Positions 1 through 8,983 of a stretch of 64,000 nucleotides of DNA are shown here, piece after piece. Below the pieces are notes generated by a model. That model was not told the origin of the DNA. It did not search any database and was given only the letters and a program-made list of their open reading frames with translations. Location: contig JAJRXM010000039.1 of the NCBI GenBank assembly GCA_024276275.1, forward strand, positions 5,271-69,270, written 5' to 3'. This DNA comes from Candidatus Zixiibacteriota bacterium (GTDB lineage Bacteria; Zixibacteria; MSB-5A5; GN15; FEB-12). Made by a program: the position numbers and the translations under genes. The number at the start of each line of letters is the position of its first letter. Positions within the stretch are counted from its first letter, which is position 1.

Positions 1-201
1 TTTTTAAACAATCACGGACTTACAAAACCGATGGTATTCAGAATGACCGGAAATATGTGGCAGGAGGGAGTCAGACTTTTTGAAGAGGCAAAAGCTGCCG
101 ACCCTGATATGTTTAAACAAATCGAATTTCACGGTATCGAAACACCGATTGAAGAAATCACCAAACGGGCAGTTGAAATTGCTCAGGAAGTGGGTACATA
201 A
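1..201 (+). CDS. sucC: succinate--CoA ligase beta subunit, C-terminal fragment (gene starts left of the window)
   Basis: Frame 1 is open from base 1 and reads ...KPMVFRMTGNMWQEGVRLFEEAKA...AVEIAQEVGT. The TAA at 199-201 overlaps the ATG of the alpha-subunit gene (TAATG). Its position directly upstream of sucD fits the conserved sucCD pair. It is absent from the ORF track because it has no start in the window. Confidence 0.6.
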   Translation, partial: FLNNHGLTKPMVFRMTGNMWQEGVRLFEEAKAADPDMFKQIEFHGIETPIEEITKRAVEIAQEVGT

Positions 202-1067
202 TGGCGATACTCTGTGATAAAAATTCAAAAGTAATGGTGCAGGGCATTACCGGTGGTGCGGGTAAATTCCATACCGAACGAATGATTGGCTACGGTACAA
301 ATATTGTCGGTGGCGTAACTCCCGGTAAAGGCGGACAAGTTGTTTGTGAACGTCCTGTTTTTGATACGGTTGCCGAATGTGTTAAAGCAACATCTGCCGA
401 CGTATCGGTAATTTTCTTACCGGCTCAATTTGTTAAAGAGGCAGCGATAGAAGCTATCCGTTCCGGTATAAAATTTGTTGTAGTTATCCCCGAACATATT
501 CCTATTCACGATATGCTGTATGTTCGCGAGGAAGCTATCAAACACGGTACAACTGTAATCGGTGGTAATACTGCCGGACTAATTACACCGGGTGAGGCGA
601 ATCTCGGTATCATGCCCGACATCGCATTTCAACCGGGTAAAGTAGGAACTGTCTCACGTTCGGCCTCTATTACCTATTATGTTGCCGATACTCTGACCCG
701 AACAGGTTATGGCGAAACATCATGCATAGGTCTCGGTGGAGACCCTGTCTTAGGTTCAACCTTTGCTGAAATTCTTTTGAAATTTGAAGAGGATGAAAAA
801 ACTAAAGCAGTTGTTATGTGCGGTGAAATCGGTGGAGTCTATGAAGAACTCGCTGCCGAGGTTATTCCCTCTATGAAAACACCTGTTCTTGCCATGATTG
901 GAGGAGTGCATGCTCCGATGGGAAAACGGATGGGGCACGCAGGTGCGATAGTTGAAGGGAAGATGGGAACCGCTCTTGATAAATTGAACATGCTTGATAA
1001 AGCCGGAGCACATCCTTGTAAAACATTTTTAGATATACCCGACACTTTAAAAAAATTAGGAATCTAA
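201..1067 (+). CDS. sucD: succinate--CoA ligase (ADP-forming) alpha subunit
   Basis: 288 aa. It has the N-terminal CoA-binding motif VQGITGGAGKFH and the phosphohistidine loop GKRMGHAGAIV, and is colinear with E. coli SucD over the whole length. Confidence 0.9.
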   Translation: MAILCDKNSKVMVQGITGGAGKFHTERMIGYGTNIVGGVTPGKGGQVVCERPVFDTVAECVKATSADVSVIFLPAQFVKEAAIEAIRSGIKFVVVIPEHIPIHDMLYVREEAIKHGTTVIGGNTAGLITPGEANLGIMPDIAFQPGKVGTVSRSASITYYVADTLTRTGYGETSCIGLGGDPVLGSTFAEILLKFEEDEKTKAVVMCGEIGGVYEELAAEVIPSMKTPVLAMIGGVHAPMGKRMGHAGAIVEGKMGTALDKLNMLDKAGAHPCKTFLDIPDTLKKLGI

Positions 1068-2030
1068 TATTTTGTAGGGAACAGGCCTGCCTGTTCCTTA
1101 TGTATTCAAATTTAATATTGTAATTCCCGATTTGATTGAAAATCTATATAACTTGTAGGGGCGTTTCGTGAAACGCCCTTTTTTTATACATGTGGGAATT
1201 TACCTAAGCTAGCTCATACATAGAATTTTCAAGCAATCTGTAAACATACGAATACTCAGAAACTCCTTTCCGTCGAAGACGGAAACCAGTGCAGAAACGT
1301 TTTAAACAAATTATTCGACATCTCAGAAAACTTTAACTAATTTTTATAATAACTACCTTTCTGTTACTGTTCTGGACTCCGTCTTTGTCGGAGTGGAGTA
1401 GTGACGTTCGTAAAAATTCTAAAGACAAGGACAGATATTTCTGAGACCTGACCTTCAAAGCTCTTTAGTGGTTCTGCCTTTTATTTATTCGTTCCAAAAT
1501 CCATACAGCATCACTACTTATTCTCAAACCTCTTCACTAAATGTATACCTATATTTTATAAGGAAATAATGCTATTCAAAATCACTACAATTAATAATAA
1601 CAAAAATGGCTTTAAGCCATTTTTTCAGGCAAAGCCATTTCTCTGTATTTATATGTGTGGGAGTATGTTATGGTGAAAAAACAACGAAAAAAGTGCCTTG
1701 AAAAACTTTTTTATATTGGAAACGAAGCCATTTTGAAGATACTTCGACTCCGCTCGAACATATCAGCGACTTGAACACAGCTTTGTAGGTCAGGAGGCCC
1801 GTCCTCCTGACTATTTATACCAATGTCAGGAGCACAGGGCTCCTGACCTACTAAACTAAACTCAGTATGACTTGTACCCATTAGCATGACTTGGACACAG
1901 TTGTCACCCTGAACACCCTGCAGGGTGTGAGCGGAGTCGAAGAGTGCAATAGAAAAAATTAGACAGGTTTTTAATTGAACCTATCCTTTTTATAAGTTAT
2001 CTTGTAGTAATGTAATAGAAAGGAACAATT
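1068..2030. repeat. roughly 1-kb non-coding mosaic of short hairpin and palindrome modules
   Basis: No ORF is present. It contains TGTAGG-led GC-rich hairpins (1073-1097, 1154-1178, 1784-1811, and an inverted copy at 1825-1853). Other elements are the TTTCCGTC-GAA-GACGGAAA hairpin (1267-1285), the AATGGCTT/AAGCCATT palindrome plus T-run (1605-1625), a 14-bp perfect inverted repeat CTTCGACTCCGCTC / GAGCGGAGTCGAAG (1742-1755 / 1929-1942), and the palindrome CACCCTGCAGGGTG (1914-1927). Confidence 0.8.
1159..1185 (+). terminator. rho-independent terminator downstream of sucCD
   Basis: The stem is GGGCGTTT (1159-1166) / AAACGCCC (1171-1178), with loop CGTG, followed by seven T (1179-1185). Confidence 0.7.
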
Positions 2031-2099
2031 TTATGCCACACGTGAAATTACAAAATTATAGAAGAAAAATTTTTATACGAGGGTTACCTCGGTAAAATT

Positions 2100-2354
2100 A
2101 TGCATGGTGAAAAATTAACCGTCGCTCATGTCAGAGTAACGGCAAACTCGGCTCTTCCCGAACATCATCATCCACATGAACAGATTCTAAATCTTATCGA
2201 GGGTGAATTTTTATTAACTGTCGACGGCACCGAATACCTTATGAAAGCAGGGGAGTCGTTTGTAATACCTTCAAATGTTCCTCATTCGGCAAAGTCTGTT
2301 ACTGATTGTTATATTGTAGATGTTTTCAATCCGACTCGCGATGACTGGAAATAG
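2100..2354 (+). CDS. cupin-domain protein (N-terminus apparently displaced by a 1-nt frameshift; an intact version would start at ATG 2033)
   Basis: It carries the cupin metal motif PEHHHPHEQ...G and the second motif PSNVPHSA. The upstream frame reads MPHVKLQ (2033-) and the ORF frame reads KIIEEKFLYEGYLGKIMHGEK. The two join if one A of the A4 run at 2052-2055 is removed. Confidence 0.65.
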   Translation: MHGEKLTVAHVRVTANSALPEHHHPHEQILNLIEGEFLLTVDGTEYLMKAGESFVIPSNVPHSAKSVTDCYIVDVFNPTRDDWK

Positions 2355-2537
2355 GCTATAGCGAATTATTGTTGGTCACGGCTTTAAGTATTCGCTTTAG
2401 TGAATGTAAAACCCAACTTATCAGATTATCAGAATGTATAAAAAAATCTATAAATTATAAAGGTTGCGGTTTTTTGGAAATCCTTGTACATTAACGCCCA
2501 TAAAAATTTATAATAATGAAAATGAAAGAATAATAAA

Positions 2538-3116
2538 ATGTCATTTTTAAAAAACACTCTATTAGTTGCTCTTATCGCTGTTTTTGCTGTCGGATGTTCA
2601 GATCAAGTCGGAACATCACAAGATTTTTCTGCTCAAATCGCTGTTTCAGATGCCGGTTTTGCCTCATTACAACAACTGGATTGGTCAGGATATGCTTCAC
2701 AGGTTGAACCGTTAGGAGTTGAAGGATTTCGTGCGGTACTTATGCCCGGTATTGAAAAAATGGTATTAGCATCAAAATCTGACTCTGTAAATCTTTTTGG
2801 AAAAAACTTTAATTCTCAAGAAATCCAATCATTAACACCATCTGAATTTTTTGTCCAAATGATGACAATGGTTTCGGAAGTTTCTCCTGAGATTAAATCG
2901 ACCTTTAGCAATATGACAAACGAGTCTATCGGAGCGGTTGCTGAAGGGGATTCACTTGTACACATGGTTATCAAAACAAAAATGATGATAGGACCTCGCC
3001 CTGTTGATGAGATGAATATCCAATCTGTTGTAAAAATAGACGGTAACTGGAAACTGAAAATGTCACCTAAATTAGAAGGTATCGCTATGATGCTTTCACA
3101 GGCATTTCCAAGATAA
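2538..3116 (+). CDS. hypothetical lipoprotein
   Basis: 192 aa, with a signal peptide ending in a lipobox-like FAVGC. I recognise no other motif. Confidence 0.5.
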   Translation: MSFLKNTLLVALIAVFAVGCSDQVGTSQDFSAQIAVSDAGFASLQQLDWSGYASQVEPLGVEGFRAVLMPGIEKMVLASKSDSVNLFGKNFNSQEIQSLTPSEFFVQMMTMVSEVSPEIKSTFSNMTNESIGAVAEGDSLVHMVIKTKMMIGPRPVDEMNIQSVVKIDGNWKLKMSPKLEGIAMMLSQAFPR

Positions 3117-3287
3117 GTATTTTATTTTTTCGTTGAAATAAAAGATAAAAGTAGTATATTATAAATATGAAACCGGTAATTCATTTTGGCTTAGAATTTC
3201 ATCGCCGTCAGGTGAAAAATGTAATCTAATACATTCTCTTTGTAGTAGTTCTGTTACACTATTAATTAAATAACAAGGAGAAAGAAA

Positions 3288-4688
3288 ATGAATTCCAAGC
3301 GTCATCCTGCCGAGCCGTTTCGTATTAAATCAATTGAATCAATCAAGCTGCTTTCTGAAAATGAAAGAGCTAAAAAACTTACCGAAGCAAATTATAATCT
3401 TTTTCAGATAGATGCGGAAAATATCTATATTGATCTTCTCACCGATTCCGGTACTACAGCTCTTTCTAATAAACAATGGGCTGCAATTATGTTGGGTGAT
3501 GAATCGTATGCCGGTGCTAAGTCGTTTAAACGATTTGAAAAAGCTGTCCAAGATATTTTTAAGCATAAGTTTGTAATCCCGACACATCAGGGACGTGCGG
3601 CTGAAAATATTATGTTCTCTACTATCGTAAAACCCGGGATGTATGTTTTAAACAATACTCACTTTGATACTACCAAAGGAAACACACTGCACAAGGGTGG
3701 AATACCGTTAGATTTTCCGTGTCAGCAATCTAAAGACAGTTCTAATTTTCCGTTCAAAGGGAATATGGATATCCTTGCGTTAGAAGAAGCGATTCTAAAA
3801 CATGGCACAGATAAAATTGCGATGGTTATCATGACTATCACGAATAATACAGTAGGTGGGCTTCCTGTCTCAATCAAAAATATCAGAGAAGTTTCTGCAT
3901 TATGTAAACAACATAATCTGCTATTTTACTTTGACTGTGCCAGATTTGCCGAGAATGCCTTTTTTATCAAAAGATACGAACCGGAATTTGCCGATTACTC
4001 CATAGAAGAAATCACTGCCGAAATGTTTGAACTTGTTGACGGTGCTATGATGTCTGCCAAAAAAGACGGGATGTCCAATATCGGTGGCTTTATTACCCTT
4101 AATGACAAAGAACTTTTTGAACAACTTACCGAACTTATGATTATTGTCGAGGGGTTTCCTACGTATGGCGGTTTAACGGGAAGAGATTTGGATTCTCTGG
4201 CAGTCGGGTTTTATGAAGCTATGGATGAAGCTTATTTAGAATACCGTATAGGTCAGGTGAGTTATTTGGGCGAAAGACTCAAAGAGATTGGCGTGCCGAT
4301 TGTTGAACCGACCGGCGGACATGCGATTTTTATAGATGCCGGAGCTTTGCTTCCGCACATTCCTGCTGAAGAATTTCCGGGACAGGCGTTGTCGACAGCG
4401 TTTTATCTGGAAGGTGGAATCCGTACTGTTGAAATAGGCTCGATAATGTTTGTAGAGGATGACTCTGAAACCGGTAAGACAATTTTAGCTCCCCGTGAAC
4501 TGGTACGATTAGCAATTCCAAGACGGGTATATACTGCTTCTCATATTGATTATATCATAGAAACTGCTCAAGAAATAGTTCGGAAAAAAGAATCTTTATC
4601 CGGTTATCGAATCAAAAAACAGCCTAAATTCTTAAGACATTTTACCTGTGAACTTGAACAGCTTAATTCTAAAAAGATAAAGGCTTAG
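3288..4688 (+). CDS. PLP-dependent beta-eliminating lyase (tryptophanase / tyrosine phenol-lyase family)
   Basis: 466 aa. The N-terminus AEPFRIKSIE...IYIDLLTDSGT, the PTHQGRAAE motif and the PLP-lysine context MSAKKDGMSNIGGF are colinear with TnaA/TPL. AAGGAG lies 7 nt upstream of the ATG. I cannot separate indole-forming from phenol-forming specificity by eye. Confidence 0.85.
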   Translation: MNSKRHPAEPFRIKSIESIKLLSENERAKKLTEANYNLFQIDAENIYIDLLTDSGTTALSNKQWAAIMLGDESYAGAKSFKRFEKAVQDIFKHKFVIPTHQGRAAENIMFSTIVKPGMYVLNNTHFDTTKGNTLHKGGIPLDFPCQQSKDSSNFPFKGNMDILALEEAILKHGTDKIAMVIMTITNNTVGGLPVSIKNIREVSALCKQHNLLFYFDCARFAENAFFIKRYEPEFADYSIEEITAEMFELVDGAMMSAKKDGMSNIGGFITLNDKELFEQLTELMIIVEGFPTYGGLTGRDLDSLAVGFYEAMDEAYLEYRIGQVSYLGERLKEIGVPIVEPTGGHAIFIDAGALLPHIPAEEFPGQALSTAFYLEGGIRTVEIGSIMFVEDDSETGKTILAPRELVRLAIPRRVYTASHIDYIIETAQEIVRKKESLSGYRIKKQPKFLRHFTCELEQLNSKKIKA

Positions 4689-4927
4689 AAATAGCTGTTG
4701 TTAAAGCATAATTTGCGTTTAAAATCGACATTTTGTGAATTAAATTTCAGGGTTCTTCAAAGAATTAATGATTTTTGTTACAGATGGGTTTTCTGTCGAG
4801 CTATTATAAGCTGTTGGTAGTTAACGTGATAGAGATAATCTTCAGAATTGTTTCTGTTTTGGCTTTGATATTGCTTAAATATCTGAAATAATATCCCATA
4901 TAAAAAAGTTTCATAATAAAGAGAGCC

Positions 4928-4956
4928 TTGACAATCTTTTTGGAACTTTATATAAT
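4928..4956 (+). promoter_or_regulatory. consensus sigma70-type promoter upstream of the porU operon
   Basis: TTGACA (4928-4933), a 17-nt spacer and TATAAT (4951-4956). It lies about 90-140 nt upstream of the possible porU starts (TTG 5047 / ATG 5095). Confidence 0.6.
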
Positions 4957-5046
4957 GTATGAGTTTATACAAATAGAAAGGATACTTTATAGCTCTTAGT
5001 TAAAAGAATTGTTTGAACTGAAATATTAAAAGGTGTAACAATTAAT

Positions 5047-8000
5047 TTGAAAGAGCTTTATTGCGTCCAAAATCTTGTGAAGATACGCATTTTTATGTGT
5101 AATCTTCTCTATAAATCTTTGATACTTCTAGTCGGTATCTTCTCAACATACAGTCTTGTATCTGCGTCTGAGTCTGCCCAGATAATCAGTTCCACAAACA
5201 ATACGTTAACATTACATGTTACAATTGAACCACAAAGTCTGCATAGATACGTATCAGAACAAAATGAAGTAAGTTATTATCAGTCGCTTGTTGTAGCTGT
5301 TCCGTATGATGGCGAGTTGTCGATTGCAGGATTGACTTTGGGGGCATTAAATTCATCTAGCAAAACAGGGCAAAAAGTTCAAACAGCACGACCTGATAAA
5401 ATTATAGAATTTTCAGAACCATTATTTGTACGTGGTCGTAAATTTTTTACGGTTTATATCTTTCCTGTTACACCGAGTGGTGTGTATAAAAATATCGAGC
5501 TTACTCTGAATTTTACCGGTACAACTACAAACGGTAAGGTTATTTCAGAAGATTCACCGTTTGAAAAAATGCTGTCCGCAAAGGTTGTCAATTATAAACA
5601 GTCAAAACAGTTTACTGCTCCGCCGGTTCGGAACTTTGCATCGGGAACTACTGCAGGTCCTTTTTCCGGTTCTACCGAGTGGATTAAAATTGATATAAAT
5701 AAAAACGGACTGTATAAATTAACAGGAGCACAACTTGATGCTACCGGAATGACAGTTACCGGAGAAGCATCATCTTCAATCCATCTCTATAATGCAGGCG
5801 GAGCACAGCTTCCTGTTCCGAATGAACAGGATAGACCTCAATTTACTGAAATTGCTATAAAAGTTATTGATGGGGGAGATGGGACATTTGATAGTAATGA
5901 TTATATCTTATTTTATGGTGAATCTGTAAACAGATGGATTTATGATACGACCCAAGTATTGTATCGATCCCATTCTTATTCTGAAAAGAATGTCTATTGG
6001 TTGAATACTTCATCGCTTACAGCAGGTTTACGAATTGAAACTGTAGACGGTTCAATAAACGGAGTAGTAGGCGGTTCTGTAATCCAGACGCTTGACCGCT
6101 ATACCCGTCGGGTGCATGTAGAGCAAAATAAAACGTTACGCCGATGGAGTGATAACAAAACAAATGATTACTACACCTGGTATTGGACAAAAGAGAACAG
6201 CTTGTCATTTTTTGTTGCAACTGAAAATCTAATCAGCGGTGATACTGTTGATATAGTTCTATCAGGGAAAACAATTGATACAACCGGTTCAAACGATGAT
6301 GTAGGATATATTGATTTCTTTGTGAATAATATAAAAGGTATAAATAAATCGTGTAACTTATCAGGTTGTACGTATCGTTCGACATCGTTTGTTGACGGTT
6401 CCACTGCTATTGATTTATCATTGATGTTTAATTCAAATCTTCCCCCGTATTTTAACTTCCTGGAATTAGCGTATACGTCTTATAATCAACCGATAAATAA
6501 TCAACTTGATTTACCTTTGGGGCAGTTAACAGGCAACACAGAGATTGAAGTTATTAATACATTCAATTCAAACCCGTTAATTTTGGATATTTCTAATCCG
6601 TTACTGCCGAGAGAATTGCAAATTACTTCCTATGGCTCAAACAGTTTTTCTTTTTATGACAGTCTATCTATATCAAAGTATAATAGATATTTTCTTATGC
6701 CGGAGGCACAAAGTTTAAACCCGTTAGCAGTTTCATCTGTTACAACAAATGATTTGTATCTTACACAAAATCAGGTCGATTTGATTATTATTTCACCTGA
6801 ATTCCTACAACCGTCTTTGAGTGAATATATTGACTACCGTACAACCGACGGGTATTCGGTTCAAACAGTTTCAGTAGATGATATAATGGATAATTTCGGA
6901 TTTGGACTGTATGACCCGACTGCTATTCGTGATTTTCTCAAATTTAGTTATGAAAATTACCAAGACCCAAAACCTTCTGCGGTATTGTTTGTCGGTGACG
7001 GAAACTATGATTTTTTAAATAATCTATCATCAAACATACCGAATTATGTTCCGCCGTATACACACAGGATTGATAACACATCATCCGATGACAACTATGT
7101 TTATTTTGGTGATTTTGGCATTATTGATTCAGACACAACTTATGACACATCACAGATTTCCTTTAATAGAGGATTTGACATGATGACAGCCAGATGGCCG
7201 ATTCGTACTCGAGCTGATGTACAGGTTATAACTGATAAAATTAAGCTATATGAATCAAACAATAATTTTGGTAATTGGAGAAACAACATTTCATTGGTTG
7301 CAGACGATGAATTTGGAACACTCAACAATGAAGTTTTTCACACTACACAAACAGAGGAATTAGAAAAGTATCATCTCCCTCTTACTTTTAACCGTAACAA
7401 AATTTATCTTTGGGAATACCCTTTTGTAAACGGTAAAAAACCGGAAGTGAACACTAAAATTGTTAGTGCTTTTAACTCTGGTTCTTTACTTGTCAACTAT
7501 GTAGGTCACGGTAACCCCGATGTATGGGCTCATGAAAATGTTTTTAATAGAGCAGGTGATTTACCTCGACTATATAACGACTTAAAACTTCCTTTAGTTT
7601 TAGCGGCATCATGTGCTATCGGATTTTTTGATGATCCGCTTCGTGAAGGTATGGCTGAAGAACTCCTTGCTATGTCATCCGGCGGTGCTATCGGGATTAT
7701 TTCGGCTACACGGTTAGTATACTCCTCCGACAATGCTCAGTTTAACAGAAAAGTCTACGATGTTTTGTTTAGTAATAAATCTCTTTCTATGTGTGAGGCT
7801 TTGTACACCGCAAAATTAGAACGACAATATTTGGGGTCGGTACCAAGACCGCAAGTAAACGATAGAAACTATCTCTATTTTGGCGGTCCGTTTGTGAAAC
7901 TTGCAAAGCCACAATACAAAATAAATTTTTCATCAACCCCCGATTCATTAGTAGCATTAGGTCAGGCACGAGTTGTCGGTACAGTAGTTGATAATAACGG

Positions 8001-8967
8001 GTCCGTAATTTTAGAAAATGGAATTATTGAAATAGATGTGCTGGATTCTAAACGAAATAAAATATATCAACTTAAAAATCCTAACGGTCAGGTTACGAAT
8101 GAGGTTCCGTATGCTACGAACGGTCCGACGATTTTTCGAGGTTCGGCATCTGTGACCGACGGTCAGTTTGATTTCCGGTTTGTACCTCCTTTGGATATCG
8201 GTTTTGGAGGAGAAGGGGCTCAAATTTCTGTATATGCATCTTTTAACTCTGTTGATGCTTCCGGAATTATAGACTCTATTTCAATTTCTGATTCTATTGC
8301 CGTTACAAATGATTCTTTAGGACCGGTTATCGATGCTACTTTTTCGGATCATCAAAACTTCATTTCCGGTGACTTTATCAATAAAGGAGAATCATTGATT
8401 TTACAGCTTTCAGATGAGTCAGGAATTAACTTAGCAGGTGGATTAGGTCACGGTATTACCTTGGAAATTGATAATAAACCTGAAAAATTACTTAATTTGA
8501 CCTCATATTTTAAGTATGAACAAGATAAATTTAATACAGGTTCATTGGAATTCCCTCTTGATGATTTAGAAACCGGCGTCCACTCTTTCAAAGTAAAAGC
8601 GTGGGATAACGCCAATAATTTCGCTAAAATTGAGTTTGAAGCAGAAATTAAATCTAATTCTTCACTTCAGATTGTCAATTTGCTAAATTACCCGAATCCT
8701 ATGCGTGAATCTACTCGTTTTTCATTTAGTTTGACTCAATCTGTAGATAATTTTGTATTGGATATTTTTACTCTTTCAGGAAAAAAAATAAAAACTTTTA
8801 CTCGGCAATATCTTGAACCGACATATTATGACGATATAATATGGTATGGCAATGATGTTGACGGAGATAGAGTTGCCACCGAAGTATATATATTTAAAGC
8901 CACGGCATATTCGTCAAATGACGGAGATAAAGTGGAATCATTTGGAAAAATAATTTTAGTTAATTAA
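5047..8967 (+). CDS. porU: PorU-like C25 (gingipain-family) cysteine peptidase with a T9SS C-terminal domain; candidate T9SS sortase
   Basis: 1306 aa. The signal peptide is best from ATG 5095 (MCNLLYKSLILLVGIFSTYSLVSA). It has the C25 catalytic contexts VNYVGHGN (His codon 7507-7509) and LAASCAIGFF (Cys codon 7612-7614). The C-terminus NYPNPMRESTRFSFSL...LDIFTLSGKKI resembles the T9SS sorting domain. The gene lies immediately upstream of a PorV-like gene, as in the P. gingivalis porU-porV pair. Confidence 0.75.
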   Translation: MKELYCVQNLVKIRIFMCNLLYKSLILLVGIFSTYSLVSASESAQIISSTNNTLTLHVTIEPQSLHRYVSEQNEVSYYQSLVVAVPYDGELSIAGLTLGALNSSSKTGQKVQTARPDKIIEFSEPLFVRGRKFFTVYIFPVTPSGVYKNIELTLNFTGTTTNGKVISEDSPFEKMLSAKVVNYKQSKQFTAPPVRNFASGTTAGPFSGSTEWIKIDINKNGLYKLTGAQLDATGMTVTGEASSSIHLYNAGGAQLPVPNEQDRPQFTEIAIKVIDGGDGTFDSNDYILFYGESVNRWIYDTTQVLYRSHSYSEKNVYWLNTSSLTAGLRIETVDGSINGVVGGSVIQTLDRYTRRVHVEQNKTLRRWSDNKTNDYYTWYWTKENSLSFFVATENLISGDTVDIVLSGKTIDTTGSNDDVGYIDFFVNNIKGINKSCNLSGCTYRSTSFVDGSTAIDLSLMFNSNLPPYFNFLELAYTSYNQPINNQLDLPLGQLTGNTEIEVINTFNSNPLILDISNPLLPRELQITSYGSNSFSFYDSLSISKYNRYFLMPEAQSLNPLAVSSVTTNDLYLTQNQVDLIIISPEFLQPSLSEYIDYRTTDGYSVQTVSVDDIMDNFGFGLYDPTAIRDFLKFSYENYQDPKPSAVLFVGDGNYDFLNNLSSNIPNYVPPYTHRIDNTSSDDNYVYFGDFGIIDSDTTYDTSQISFNRGFDMMTARWPIRTRADVQVITDKIKLYESNNNFGNWRNNISLVADDEFGTLNNEVFHTTQTEELEKYHLPLTFNRNKIYLWEYPFVNGKKPEVNTKIVSAFNSGSLLVNYVGHGNPDVWAHENVFNRAGDLPRLYNDLKLPLVLAASCAIGFFDDPLREGMAEELLAMSSGGAIGIISATRLVYSSDNAQFNRKVYDVLFSNKSLSMCEALYTAKLERQYLGSVPRPQVNDRNYLYFGGPFVKLAKPQYKINFSSTPDSLVALGQARVVGTVVDNNGSVILENGIIEIDVLDSKRNKIYQLKNPNGQVTNEVPYATNGPTIFRGSASVTDGQFDFRFVPPLDIGFGGEGAQISVYASFNSVDASGIIDSISISDSIAVTNDSLGPVIDATFSDHQNFISGDFINKGESLILQLSDESGINLAGGLGHGITLEIDNKPEKLLNLTSYFKYEQDKFNTGSLEFPLDDLETGVHSFKVKAWDNANNFAKIEFEAEIKSNSSLQIVNLLNYPNPMRESTRFSFSLTQSVDNFVLDIFTLSGKKIKTFTRQYLEPTYYDDIIWYGNDVDGDRVATEVYIFKATAYSSNDGDKVESFGKIILVN

Positions 8968-8983
8968 TTTTTAGGAGAATTTA

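Noticed and set aside
3167-3229. A 20-codon upstream ORF (MKPVIHFGLEFHRRQVKNVI) before the tryptophanase-family gene, as a possible TnaC-like leader peptide.
   Set aside because: It has no Shine-Dalgarno site, no Trp codon, and none of the conserved TnaC features (W-x3-D...P-stop). It is likely a chance ORF in AT-rich spacer.
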